Shown here in pieces: positions 50,150 through 62,715 of a stretch of 64,000 nucleotides of DNA. The translations under genes were made by a program, and so were the position numbers. The notes beneath the pieces were generated by a model. That model was not told the origin of the DNA, ran no database searches, and was given only the letters and a program-made list of their open reading frames with translations. This stretch comes from Amoebophrya sp. A120 (Eukaryota > Protista > Dinoflagellata): NCBI GenBank assembly GCA_905178155.1, contig CAJINV010000001.1, forward strand, positions 15,128,142 through 15,192,141, read 5' to 3'. Positions within the stretch are counted from its first letter, which is position 1; every line of letters starts with the position of its first letter.

Positions 50150-51748
50150 GGGGTCTGGACGGCGTCTGGACGGCACGGGTGAGCGGCATCATGCCGTGCG
50201 GGTTCGGTTTGAGCGGTAAAAGTTGGTAGAAAATCGCGAAAAAGTAAAGCTCGTGGCGAATCTTCGTAGTCCCGCCCTGGAAAGCATGACGCCAAGTCCC
50301 GTCCAGACCCCGTCCAGACCCCGACCAGAACAGCTGAAAGTACAGCCGTACCATGCGGGTTCGCGTTCTCGGCATATATTTTTGAATTTTACCGGAAAAA
50401 TTGCCAGGAACGTGAAAAAACAACAGGGACATGGTGTTTGGCTTTTACTGCGAGTGTCTGGTCGGGGTCTGGACGGGGTCTGGACGGCATGGGTGAGCGG
50501 CACCGTGCCGTGCGGGTTCGGTTTGAGAGGTAAAAGTTGGGAAAAAATCAAGAAAAAGCAAAGCTCGTGGCGAATCTTCGTAGTCCCGCCCTGGAAAGCA
50601 TGACGCCAAGTCCCGTCCAGACCCCGTCCAGACCCCGACCAGAACAGCTGAAAGTACAGCCGTACCATGCGGGTTCGCGTTCTCGGCATATATTTTTGAA
50701 TTTTACCGGAAAAATTGCCAGGAACGTGAAAAAACAACAGGGACATGGTGTTTGGCTTTTACTGCGAGTGTCTGGTCGGGGTCTGGACGGGGTCTGGACG
50801 GCATGGGTGAGCGGCACCGTGCCGTGCGGGTTCGGTTTGAGAGGTAAAAGTTGGGAAAAAATCAAGAAAAAGCAAAGCTCGTGGCGAATCTTCGTAGTCC
50901 CGCCCTGGAAAGCATGACGCCAAGTCCCGTCCAGACCCCGTCCAGACCCCGACCAGAACAGCTGAAAGTACAGCCGTACCATGCGGGTTCGCGTTCTCGG
51001 CATATATTTTTGAATTTTACCGGAAAAATTGCCAGGAACGTGAAAAAACAACAGGGACATGGTGTTTGGCTTTTACTGCGAGTGTCTGGTCGGGGTCTGG
51101 ACGGGGTCTGGACGGCATGGGTGAGCGGCACCGTGCCGTGCGGGTTCGGTTTGAGAGGTAAAAGTTGGGAAAAAATCAAGAAAAAGCAAAGCTCGTGGCG
51201 AATCTTCGTAGTCCCGCCCTGGAAAGCATGACGCCAAGTCCCGTCCAGACCCCGTCCAGACCCCGACCAGAACAGCTGAAAGTACAGCCGTACCATGCGG
51301 GTTCGCGTTCTCGGCATATATTTTTGAATTTTACCGGAAAAATTGCCAGGAACGTGAAAAAACAACAGGGACATGGTGTTTGGATTTTACTGCGAGTGTC
51401 TGGTCGGGGTCTGGACGGGGTCTGGACGGCATGGGTGAGCGGCACCGTGCCGTGCGGGTTAGGTTTGAGAGGTAAAAGTTGGGAAAAAATCAAGAAAAGG
51501 CAAAGCTCGTGGCGAACCTTCGTAGTCTCGCCCTGGAAAGCATGGCGCCAAGTCCCGTCCAGACCCCGTCCAGGCCCCGACCAGAACAGCTGAAAGTACA
51601 GCCATACCATGGGGGTGCGCGTTCTTGGCATAATTTTTTGAATTTTGCCGGAAATAAAAATTGCCAGGAACGTGAAAAAACAACAGGGACATGGTGTTTG
51701 GCTTTTACTGCGAATGTCTGATCGGGGTCTGGACGGGGTCGGGACGGG
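50150..51748. repeat. Tandem array of about 5 copies of a 314-bp unit, each with an internal inverted repeat
   Basis: Repeated ORF calls recur every 314 bp (50223/50537/50851/51165/51479). Each unit has gtccagaccccgtccagaccccgaccaga and its reverse complement. Confidence 0.95.
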
Positions 51749-52010
51749 ACAAGTCGGAGGGTCCATAGCATGCGCATTTGATTTGGCAAGCAAAAGTTGA
51801 GATACTTACTTAAAAGCGTACTTACTTTTCTGTTTCGGATTTCTATATTTTCGTAGGAGCAGCGGTAAGCACTTCTTGTGCAGCAAGATCAAGATGTGCC
51901 GTGCTTCCCGAAGATTGATATTCATGTTTGACGGAGCGGTAGGAGTTGGTGGGGCGACGAGGGAAGCACCGAGCTGCTGCGGAAGATAACTTCACACGAC
52001 GACTGTCAGT

Positions 52011-55000
52011 ATGGCCAGGCTTCTGCGGATCTTGCACCTGCTGTGCGCGGCCAGTGCAGACCGAGCAATCCCTCCTACCAACCACGACAGGAGTGCGGAC
52101 GCCGCGCTGCACCATGAGGCTCAGCATAGGTTGGTAACTGAGAAGGCGTCCTCGCCCCAGCAACACTCTACCGATATTCATCCCGATGGGGTGAACGAGG
52201 AAAGCAGCGACAAAGCGAAAAGATCCGCAGGCGCAGCCCCGACTGCCCGTAGTCGCGGAAAAATAAAATCTGAAGACGCAGCTGCAGCAGCGGCACTTCT
52301 TCAACATGAAAATCAAAACGCGGCTCTCGACCAACAGCTGATCCTCGAGTCCGGTCTTCGTGAGCAAAAAAGCAGCATGCTGTCCGCGCGCAAGCTTCAA
52401 GCGGCGTTTGACGGGAAGCCAAGACCGAAGGAGCCCAACGCGTTTCTGCCGATGAGCCGCCGCGAGGGGATGGAGTACGCCGGGGTGCGCAATCTCACCA
52501 AGGACCACGTCTACGAACAGATCGCCATCCTCCTGCTCGCCTTTGCGGTCACGGGGCTGATGATCTTTGGGCTCTGGTACGTGACCGACCGGGTGAACTT
52601 GACGCACCCGCCCAACGAGGTGCGCGTGGACCCCTACACCGGCGAGGACCTGCCCCGGCCCTTCCAGTTCCTCCGCGACGAGGACTTTCAGGACAAAGTG
52701 GCGGGGTACATGGAAACGTTCCGCGAGAACAACTACTACCTGTCGACGGTCCTGTTTTACCACTTGGGCCAGTCCCTCCTGTTCGTCATCAAAGTGTACG
52801 ACGTGCGGGACGAGATCCCCTGGTACGTGTTGCTGCTGGAAGCCGTGCTCGGCCTCCTTCTGTTCGTCGACCCGTTCGTGACCAACCTGCAGTGTTTCAT
52901 CATGAGCGAGTTCGGCACTTTGGAAAAGCTCAAGTACAAGGAGCTCGCGACCGAGACCATCGCGCTGATTGCGCCGATGCTGTCGCTGGTGATCTCCCGG
53001 CAGCACGAGTACGATAAGGAGGCGGGCAACTACCTCGCGGATCCGGGCAACACGATCGGAACCTTCTGGTTCTCGTTTCGCTACTTCGGGTGTATTCGCT
53101 TGCGGAAGTACTACTTACTGCTTTTCCCGGAGATGTCTTCGGTCCGCTCCCCCGTGGCGCGCGCGTCCTACGCGGTGATTCTGCGATTCTTCGAGGTCTT
53201 CATCTTTTTCTACGTGGTTATGGGAGTGTCAGAATCGAAATTGACAAAGTAGAAAAATTTGTGATGCACAAAATCGATGTCAGTTGGAGCCTCAGTCTCC
53301 AAGTGGCGCATGACAAATTTCGAGAGCCCCCAAATACAGTCTGTGATGCTGTTTGAGCAAAGAAGACTGCTCCTGTCATGCTACTCTGGCAGCACATTGC
53401 ATACCCATAAACAGGCTCACAATCGGTCTCATTTGCCTGCTCCCCAATACAAGCTTTCAGTGACCTACATTTTATGCATCACAAGTTTTTCGATTTTGTC
53501 GATTTCGATCCTGACACATCCATAGTGGTGGTTAGCACCTTATGGGTGGTGGAGTTCGCCGAGGGCTTGTTCCCGCGACTCCTGCCCCAGGCGAACAACT
53601 GGACGCTGGACGCGAGTCTGTGGTTTGTGACCACGTCCGCGATGACCATCGGCTACGGAGACTACGCCCCGGTCACGTTCTTCGGCCGGCTGGTGACCAT
53701 GATTTTTCTCGTCTCGGTGCTGCTGCTCGTCGGGCTGATCGCCGATTTGCTCTCGAAGATGCTGGCGGAAACGGCCAGCGGGCAGGGCCGGTACGTGGTG
53801 AAATCGCGGGTCCCCTACGTCATCTGCGTGGGGAACTTCTCGCCCGCGACCGCAAAGTCCGTTCTCGCGGAGTACTTCCTATCTCACAGAAAAAAGCTGG
53901 CAGGGCATATTTGTAACGCAAAAAAAAACACACAGAAAAACCTGTCATGGGCGACCTCGTAGCATGCTATTTCGGGTATGCAATACAAGCTTTTTTGTCT
54001 ATTTATTTTTGCATTACAAATATGCCCTGCCAGCTTTTTTCTCTGGGATACTTCCACGACGACCAACACGCGGTGCACCGGGATCGGATGGAGATGGTCT
54101 TCGTCCTGGTCGGGCAGCAGTTCAACGGCGTCGCGCAGGCCGTCGGCGAGTGGTGCAGCGAGAATCAGGACTACAGTCCGCGCGTGCACGTGTTTCGGGG
54201 AAATATTACCAGCACGTACGACTACCGGCGCTGCGGCGTCGCGACCGCGAAGGCGGTTCTCGTCGTGCCGAACGTGCAGAACCCGGTGGATAAACAGAAG
54301 GAGGACGTGGACAGTCTGCTCCGCGTGCAGGCGGTGCAAAAGCGGAGTCCGCCAAATTTGCAAGTGATCGTCATCCTGCACTTGATGCGCAACCGGTACA
54401 TGTTCTTGGGCATCATCCCCAGACGGAACCTGATTTGCGCGGACGACTTCAAGTTTCGGCTGTTGGGACGGGTGAATTTCCTCCCGGGGCTGCCGTCGTT
54501 GCTGTGTTCTTTACTGCAGTGCTCGTCGATGTCCGACAACGACCGGTCGCTGTTCAAGCAGCTGGAGTTATCCAAGAAAAAAACATTGTAGGTGTAACTT
54601 TTTTGGAGGAACAGCATTACAAATTTGTCTGGCATGACAGCAGAAACCTGTCATGCGCAGATAGTACGTGAAAACGCCCTGTAATGGACCCTACGATGCA
54701 TGTCAAGCATGACAGACGCAATCACTTTGCATGTTGCGCATCACAAATTTACACTAACAGCGTTTTTTTCTTGGATAGGAGTCCTCCTACCAGGAAGACA
54801 CCTTGTCGAAGAATCAGTTCATGCTCTTCCACGACGAGGAGCTGCATTACGGGCAAGGGAAGGAACTGTACGCGATCACCTTGAACCCCTCCTACGCGAA
54901 GTTCGCCCCGAAAGCCGAGGACATGCCGTGGTCCTGCATCGTTCGGGACGTGTTGTATATCCAAGAAAAAAACTTTGTTAGTGTAACTATCTTCGGCTGA

Positions 55001-57668
55001 CACCATCACAAATTTGCTCTACATGACAGAGAAAACCTGTCATGCGTGGGTTGTAAGGAAAAACACACATGAAAAAAGGGCTTCGTGGCTGTCTGGCATG
55101 ACAGGCGTAAATCTGTTGCATGTTCTGCATTACAGATTTACACTTACACGACAGTTTTTTTTCTTGCATATTGTACCGGTCGAAGAACAAGGACGTGTTG
55201 CTTCTCGGCTACATTCGGTACGACCCGGCAGCGGACACCAGCTATCTGAAGTATGAAAAGGAGGTCATTTTTTTCCCGCCGGATTACGACCTCGCGTTCT
55301 CGCACCCGACGAAAACCAAGGTTCTGGGCATTTTCATCGCGTCCGACGCCTTCGACATCCGCCAGCGCCCGAGCATGGACGTTTTCACGCTGCCCGAAGT
55401 GGACAGCGACGAGGAGGAGTTCGACGAGGCGGCATTCGACGCAGCGGACGATGAGGATAAGGAAACGGAGGAGTCGGATTTGGAGATGCAGCCGGCACTG
55501 GCGGGGAATTTGAGCTTCAAGAGTACTTCTAGAGTGCTTTGGTTGGATAATGCTTTTCTGTGTTAGAGTGATAGGTAGAAGTAGAGTAGTAGTCCAGCTC
55601 TAAGACTAAAAGTCAATTTAGTAGATTTCATGGCCTTCTGCATTTTGCTTATGTGATACCAAAATTAAGGAGCTTTGCCACGTCGTCACCATTATGACAG
55701 GTGAAAGCGACAAGACCGTTTCGGAGCGCGCTCTGACGAAGCACGAGATTAAGATGCAGCGTCTTGCGGTTCTTGCGGGTGTCGACCCCCCCGACTTGTC
55801 TCAGAACTACTCGAAGCACGAGAAGATAAAGGCGGAGAAGGCGCCGCCGAAAGTGTACTACAGACGGAAGATCATCGAGAAGCAACTGCAGTACCTGCGG
55901 CAGCACGAAATCAGCGTGGATAACGTGTACGAGATATCCTGAGTAAAAACGTACCCACACCAGAGTTGTAATGCAGATTTGCAAAGACAGGAAGACTTGT
56001 AATGCGCATCCCCATGAGAGCCATTTCCAGTCGTGTTTTGGAATTTGTGACGCTGTGAACAGGATGAGCAGATGAATCTGTGACGCGGCTGCACTTGCTA
56101 ATCTGCACTACGCTGCAGAGTGCGACTTGTCATGCGTGACTCACAAAACTCTTAGGTTTGTGTTGCAAAATCCCCATCCTGACTCTGGTGTGGGTACGTT
56201 TTTACTCAGGATACGAGATCGGGAGACGGGCGTTCGCGGATCGGTATCTGAACAACCCGCGCGCGCGATCGCAGTTGAAGCCGGGGGAAAACAATCTACC
56301 CTTCGACTTCGAGGGCGATCACTTTCTCTACTGCCTCTGCGGGCCAGCGGCGGTGAGTGATTTGTTTTGCGAACACACTATGGAGACTCCTCTTGGGTGC
56401 CTTTTTCGAGAATCGAAGTCCGTAAAGTTTAAAGCGCCATTGATGTCGTGTCTTGATATATGTCGTGCAACCACGTCCAAGTGTCTTCTATGCTTCTTGT
56501 CAAAACAGGTCGGCCTATCGCTTTCCGTACTGCTGCAAAACCTGGCCCTCGGGCTAGAGGAGGACGGCCCCGATTACTCCGATGATGAGTGGGGGCAGCA
56601 AGAAGTGAAAGTGTACAGCAAGCAGGAGTCTGGGGAGGCGATGGACATGCGCATGCTGGAGCAAATGGACGAGGAGCAGTCGGAGTCCGCCATGTCTCTG
56701 ATTCCCTCGTCCCGAAAGCGGTTGCGGAAGATCGTTTTGGTGGTTCTGTCAAAAAGAAAGCCGTTGGACTGGGACGACGCACTGGCGTTGGCGCGCGAGA
56801 ATCCGCACTTGATCCCCGTGTGGGTGAAGGGCAGCCCAACAAAAATGCTGGATTTGGAAAGGTATATAGATTATGGCATGGGCATTGGCGCATTCAATAA
56901 GTAGGCAGCAATGTTGACAACGGCAGGAAAGAAACAGCCTTGATACATAGTCATCTCCTCCAAAAAAAAAAAAACAGATGCAGTTTCCGGCGGGCCCGCG
57001 TGATTTACGTGCAAGGGTTTCCGACGAGGCCCACGGACGGGGAGTGTATTTTCTGCACCCGCTTAATTGAGTCCACGATTGGTACCGACAGCATGGACCC
57101 CATGCTGCCCATCGTCGTTCCGGAGCTGACCCTGGAGGCGAATTTTCGCTATGTGCCCCTCGGCTTGTCGCCGAAGGTGGATCACCAGGTTTTTGAGGAC
57201 GCCATGCACGCGAAGCGGAAATCGTTCATGCGGAGCCAGGAGTCCTACGCGTTCACGAGCAACGCGTTGGCCAAGCAACCCTTCACGAGATCGGCAAGGT
57301 ACTCCGCCGGCCGGTTGTACGTGAGCAGCATGCTCACATCGCTCGCGGTCAACCAGGTTTTCAACCCCGACCTGGGCACCCTGATCCAGATCATGTCTGA
57401 CGCTTTGATGGTCGTGGAAATTAGCAACGAGTACGTCGGTCAGCCGTACGGGAAACTGTGGAAGTTTCTCCTCTCCCAGCGCCTGCTCGCAGTAGGACTC
57501 CTTCGAAACGCGGTCACGATGGCGAAAACCCTCGGAGCGGCGACCGCGCTCGGGCTGGTTTCGCACGAGTTTCCGATCTGCGCGCCTCCGAAGGACGATG
57601 TGCTGCTGCAAGAGGGAGATCGGGTGTATGTCATGAGACATGGATTACTGTATACCTTGGATAGTTAG
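52011..57668 (+). CDS. BK/Slo-type calcium-activated potassium channel alpha subunit
   Basis: TM helices, pore ASLWFVTTSAMTIGYGDYAPVTFFGR, and RCK motifs EYFHDD, FRGN..DYRR, KGSP..DLER and YSAGRLY. Five introners plus canonical introns at about 55523-55700, 56353-56508 and 56862-56977. Confidence 0.85.
53219..53524. mobile_element. Introner family F (306 bp)
   Basis: About 50-bp imperfect TIR tatgggagtgtcagaatcgaaattgacaaa.. / ..tttgtcgatttcgatcctgacacatccata. TSD gtggt. Removal gives FFYVV|VSTLW. Confidence 0.9.
53880..54050. mobile_element. Introner family G (171 bp)
   Basis: TIR tatctcacagaaaaaagctggcagggcatatttgtaa. TSD cttcc. Removal gives AEYF|HDDQ. Confidence 0.92.
54569..54777 (+). 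mobile_element. Introner family H (209 bp)
   Basis: TIR tatccaagaaaaaaac / gtttttttcttggata. TSD ggagt. Removal gives KQLE|SSYQED. Confidence 0.9.
54958..55170 (+). mobile_element. Introner family H (213 bp)
   Basis: Same TIR and related interior. TSD ttgta. Removal gives RDVL|YRSKNK. Confidence 0.9.
55935..56213 (+). mobile_element. Introner family C (279 bp)
   Basis: 32-bp TIR tatcctgagtaaaaacgtacccacaccagagt. TSD cgaga. Removal gives NVYE|IGRRAF. Confidence 0.95.
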
Positions 57669-58246
57669 GAGGAACCGCAGTACAACAACTTCTACCAGGC
57701 TTCTGCTCCTGCTTTTCATTGTACAAAAACTTTGACCAAATTTACTACTTTACAATTTTTGCTACATCATCTGCTCTACTGTGTTTGTGCATTTGCTACC
57801 GAATAAATACTTTGCGTTCGATTGAAATTCTGAATACACGGACGACGATAACGATATCAACTGGTTTTGCGCATGGTTCAAAACAGATTTTGCACCGAAG
57901 TAGACCGCGGCTGCGCTTCGTGTACAAAAAAGCGGGATCGACACAGCAAAGGTTGACTGTCTTGCAACAGCCGGATACGGATTGCTTCTGTACGGATCTT
58001 GTTCCGAGTGTGTGCGTTGCAGAGTGAAAAGCGATCGTATGCTTTTGCGCTCGATTGCGATTTCGTTTATTTCGGTTTTCTGCTTATTGCGAAACGGAAA
58101 CTAAGGTCGGGAAAGCGATTTGTGTCTCGCATCTCCTGCCTTGTCAGGCGACATCGTGGCTCTTTTGCAAACAGACTTTGCAAAATGAAACTCTCATGCT
58201 TATCTTAGCAGGGAATGGGAAAGATCACTGAGCTTCCCTTTCCAAG

Positions 58247-59814
58247 ATGCGGTCGCGCCCTACCCGAATCAAAAATGGCTGCGGCGCCGAGGCGCCACGA
58301 CTCGGTGCTGCAACGCGAAGTCCTAGCACTGCCACGTCCCGCTTTCTGTCCACCGCATCTGCGTACGCTCGCGCTCTTACGTTCTGCACGTGTCTGGGTA
58401 CTACGTTCCGCCTGGTCCTCGCGGCCGCCGACTTTTCGGATGCGCCGGACGACATGCTGACGATCGATGCGACGGCTTCGATCAAGAAGCCAAGCAAAGT
58501 CCGAACTACCAACGTCCACAAAAACCTTGCAGCGGGGGACCACACGAATGCCATGACGATTCTGAAGTTACAAAAAGAGGTGGAAGCCCTCTCGCAGGAA
58601 AACGCGCTTTTGATGGAGCAAGTAAGCCAGAAGCACGAACAAGGGCTGCGGCGAGATGGACTGTCACCGACTACGACCTCTTTGTCCTCTTTGACTAATG
58701 GCAAAAAGGACGGTGCCGCGCAGTCGACATCCTTCGTGGACATAACTGCGGGGGAGAAGCAGAATTTATTCCCTACGGGACGAGCAACGAACCAGACCAC
58801 GGAAATTATGGAGGACGAGAACACCGAATTGGCGACGCTCGTGAACATGCTCGTGCGCAACGGAGAGGCGGCTATGGCGGCGCAAGAGCGGTTGGACCAC
58901 GCCGTCGCCGCGCGGGTGCGCGCCGAGTTTTTGGAGCGCGAGGCGAAGCTGGAGTGGAGAAACGTCAGTAAGGTAAGAAAGTGGTGTGGGAAGTTCGAAT
59001 TTATCCCTTGAGACGGTCGTACATAGTGATGGATGAAAGTAGAAAACACAGAACTTAATGAGAAAAAAGTCACCCAGGTCATGTGTTGTTAGATTCGTAC
59101 TCCTGCAGTGCTTGGAAATGCGACTTGATAGTACAGGTTTCCAAGGAGCTGACGCGAATGGCGATGAGAGAACTTTTGCGCGACTCGGTCTTCCCGCTGC
59201 CCCTTGCTGCGGGTCGTTCCTCCGTTGCGGCGAAAGAGAAGAATTTTGTCGGACAGATCGAGTCCATGATCGCCGGGGTTCTGGCGGAATTCAATGGCTT
59301 CGACATGGACAAAAACAACGTGCTGGACAAGGACGAGTGTCCGGTGCCCCCGCCTGGTGCGGATGCGAACAACGACGGAAATCTCACCCCGACCGAAATC
59401 ATCACGCACACGTACAACAACTTCATTTCCGTGCTGGAAGGGGCCCGTCCTGGTGGACACGGCGAGAAACGTGAGCTCAAGAAGAGCGTCGAGAGTCGTG
59501 GGGGGAATCCGACTTCCGCCAGCATGTTAGAGGCCGGCATGTCAGAGTCGGTCGCGAACTTCTTTCGGGGCGGGTGTGGAATCTGTGGGTGCTCAAAACC
59601 AGAAGGCGTGGATGGAGAAGAATTGCAATTCGGTTGGGAGGACGGGCACTACAACGCACCGGGTGCCTTGCAGAACATATACAGAGACACTCCGGGGGAA
59701 TACAGGTGGACGGACTCCCCCTGGGAGGAAGATGCGGAGCCGAAAGCGGAGACGAAAGCGGAGCCTAAAGCGGAGCCGAAAGCGGAGCCGAAAGGCAATC
59801 TAGTCAGTCTTTGA
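58247..59814 (+). CDS. Putative secreted coiled-coil protein with EF-hand-like loops, paralogue 1
   Basis: Exon 1 ends at 58972, intron 58973-59136. Loops DMDKNNVLDKDE and DANNDGNLTPTE. AEPK-repeat tail. Confidence 0.65.
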
Positions 59815-60568
59815 TTGACCTTCGAACGCGCTTGGATGAAGAAGAAAAGAAGAAAAATAGTGGACGGAGAGGTGACGCGCAAGCGGCTTTTTTTTCCCGG
59901 ATTGTATAAATTGATTCGAAGATGAGTATTACTACATCTCACAAAAGCTGCCATGGTGGCTGATTGCCTCCGTGGATCTCTCTCTGTGCTGTTGTTCAGG
60001 ACCTCCTCTTAGATGAGGCAAACACTTATCCGACCCGTTCCGCCGCATATGCGGCGTTACGCGCGGCCGCGAGCACTGCTTCATAGTAAACCCCGAAAGG
60101 TGCTTTCCATATGTTCTTCTAGTGCAGATCGAAGCTACGCACTGTGTCAGTTTGGCTTCTGAATACATGGACGAGGGTATCAACTACTTTTGCGCATGAT
60201 TCGAAACAGATTTTGCACTGAAGTAGACCAGCACCTGTGCGCTTCGTGCACAAAGAAGCAGGATACGCCAAGTGTTGACTGTCTTGTACCAACAGCCGGA
60301 TTATTTTTGTACTGGGCTTTTTCAGAGACGGAGAGAGTGCTTTGTGGTCAACACTCTCGCAGCGTGAAGAGCGGTCAGGTGCTTGTCCGTCCCATTGCGA
60401 TTTCGAGTTTCGTCTTGTTGCGAAGGTAAGGGGATACGATGTTTGTCTCGTCTCCCCTGCCGTGCCAAGCAACATTGTGGTTCTTCTTCTCTCGCAAAGA
60501 GACTCTGCAAAATAAAACATCGACGCTTACCTTAGTAGGGAAAGTTCACTGGATTTTCCCCTTGCAAA

Positions 60569-62043
60569 ATGTTGCCGCGGTGTACCCGAACCAAAAGCGG
60601 CTGTAGCGCCGAGGCGCCACGACTCGGTGCTGCAACGCGAAGTGCGACCACTGCCACGTCCTGGTTTCTGTCCACCGCATCTGTGTACGCTCGCGCTCTT
60701 ACGTTTTGCACGTGTCTGTGTACTACGTTCGACCTGGTCGCGGCCGCCGATTTTTCGGATGCACCGGACGAAATGTTGACGAGCGATGCGACGGCTTCGA
60801 TCAAGAAGCAAAGCAAAGTCCAAACTACCAGCGTCCACAAAAATTTTGCAGCGGAGGACCACACGAATGACGGCGGGAACGCCATGACGATTCTGAAGTT
60901 ACAGAAGGAGGTGGAAGCCCTCTCGCAGGAGAACGCGCTTTTGATGGAGCAGGTAAGCCAGAAGCACGAAGAAGGGCTGCGGCGAGACGAATTGGCACCG
61001 GCTACGACCTCTTTGTCTTCTTTGACTAATGGCAAAAAGCATGGTGCTGCGCAGTCGACATCCTTTATGGACATAACTGCGGGGGAGAAGCAGAATTTAT
61101 TCCCTACGGGAGGAGGAACGAACGAGACCATGGAAATTATGGAGGACGAGAACACCGAATTGGCGACGCTTGTGAACATGCTCGTGCGCAACGGAGAAGC
61201 GTCCCTGGCGGCGCAAGAGCGGTTGGACGACGCCGTCGCCGCGCGGGTGCGCGCGGAGCTTTTGGAGCACAAAGCGAAACGGGAGTGGAGAAACGTCAGT
61301 AAGGTAAGAAAGTGGTGTGGGAAGTTCGAAATTTTCCATTGAACGCTTCGTAACCAGCAATCGCAAGACGATAGGAGGGTATCTGTGTTTCATTGCGGTA
61401 GGAAGCATGTCTGTCAAATTAATGCTCCAGGTTTCCAAGGTAGGAGCTGACGCGGATGGCGATGAGAGAACTTTTTCGTGGCTCGGTCTCACCGCTACCC
61501 CTTGCTGCGGGTCGTTCTTCGGTTGCGGCGAAAGAGAAGAATTTTTTCGGACAGATCGAGTCTATGATTACCGGAGTTCTGGCGCAATTCAGTGGCTTCG
61601 ACAAGGACAAAAACAACGTGCTGGACAAGAACGAGTGCCCGGCGCCCCCGCCGGGTGCGGATGCGAACAACGACGGAAATCTCACCCCGACCGAAATCAT
61701 CACGCACACGTACAACAACTTCATTTCCGTGCTGGAAGGGGCCCGTCCAGGACACGGCGAGAAACATGAGCTCAAGAAGAGCGAGAGCGGGGGACAGAGC
61801 GAGAAGCCGACGTCCGCCAGCATGTTAGAGCGAGATGATTTGGCTCCTTGGGACTACTGGAGTTGGACTTTTGGATGTGGTGGTCTAGCACCACATCAAG
61901 GGTGGCCAGTGGATTACCTATACCCGACTTCGCAGCTCCTCACCGGAGAGTTTCAAAACGTTTTCTCGGGCAGTCCTCCGGAAAACCTGGGCAAAAGCAG
62001 GCTCAACCATCCTCCTCATATGAACGAGTTTTACGCTGATTGA
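60569..62043 (+). CDS. Tandem paralogue 2 of the EF-hand-like protein
   Basis: Highly similar to paralogue 1 except at the C-terminus. Intron starts at 61314 and needs the AG at 61443 to stay in frame. Confidence 0.6.
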
Positions 62044-62715
62044 TAGTGAGTCCTCTTGGCACGTCAACCTGTTTCGCCGCATATGCAGCGTCACGCCTTA
62101 AGGTTAATACTGTCCCACAACGAAAGATCCCGAATGGTACTCATTCAGTATGTTCTTCTAGTAGTGCAGATCGAAGCTATGTGCTGTTTTTGTCTTGGCT
62201 TTTCCTTGGCATCATAGCAATGCAAGGCACGTAAGAAGCCAAATCCATAGCAGTTCCAGACAGGTTAAAATTTTTAGAATTTCAGGCTAAGCCAGTTCAG
62301 TTGTTTTTAGATGCTCTTTCTCAACACATGAGCAAAGAAGAATGTTGTCGCGTGCGTGACTCGATCTTTGGGCTTATCCGTTGGATCAATACAAAATGCC
62401 ACTGACACCGAATGTGGCCTGCGCTCCGAGGTGAATGATCCACCTTCGTCTTACATACAAGTTGATCTCGTGACAGCGACCACCCGACGCTTTCTCTAAG
62501 TATGTAGATAGTGTCTAGATCACGCTTGATTTGCGTTTTTTATTTTTTTTTTCGCGATCATTTAGGTTTTGCTTTTGCTTATCTTTGCCCTCCGAAAGAG
62601 CGGAATCAAAGTCAGTGCGAATATGAATATCCAAGATGGACGAATCCTGTCTTCAGTATTGGAGTGCGTTATGACAGAGCGCTGAGTCCTCGTCCCGCAC
62701 CGATTCCGAAGCGCC

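Noticed and set aside
50189-51793. Repeated ORFs in the 314-bp array
   Set aside because: The unit length is not a multiple of 3, and the ORFs are artefacts of the repeat.
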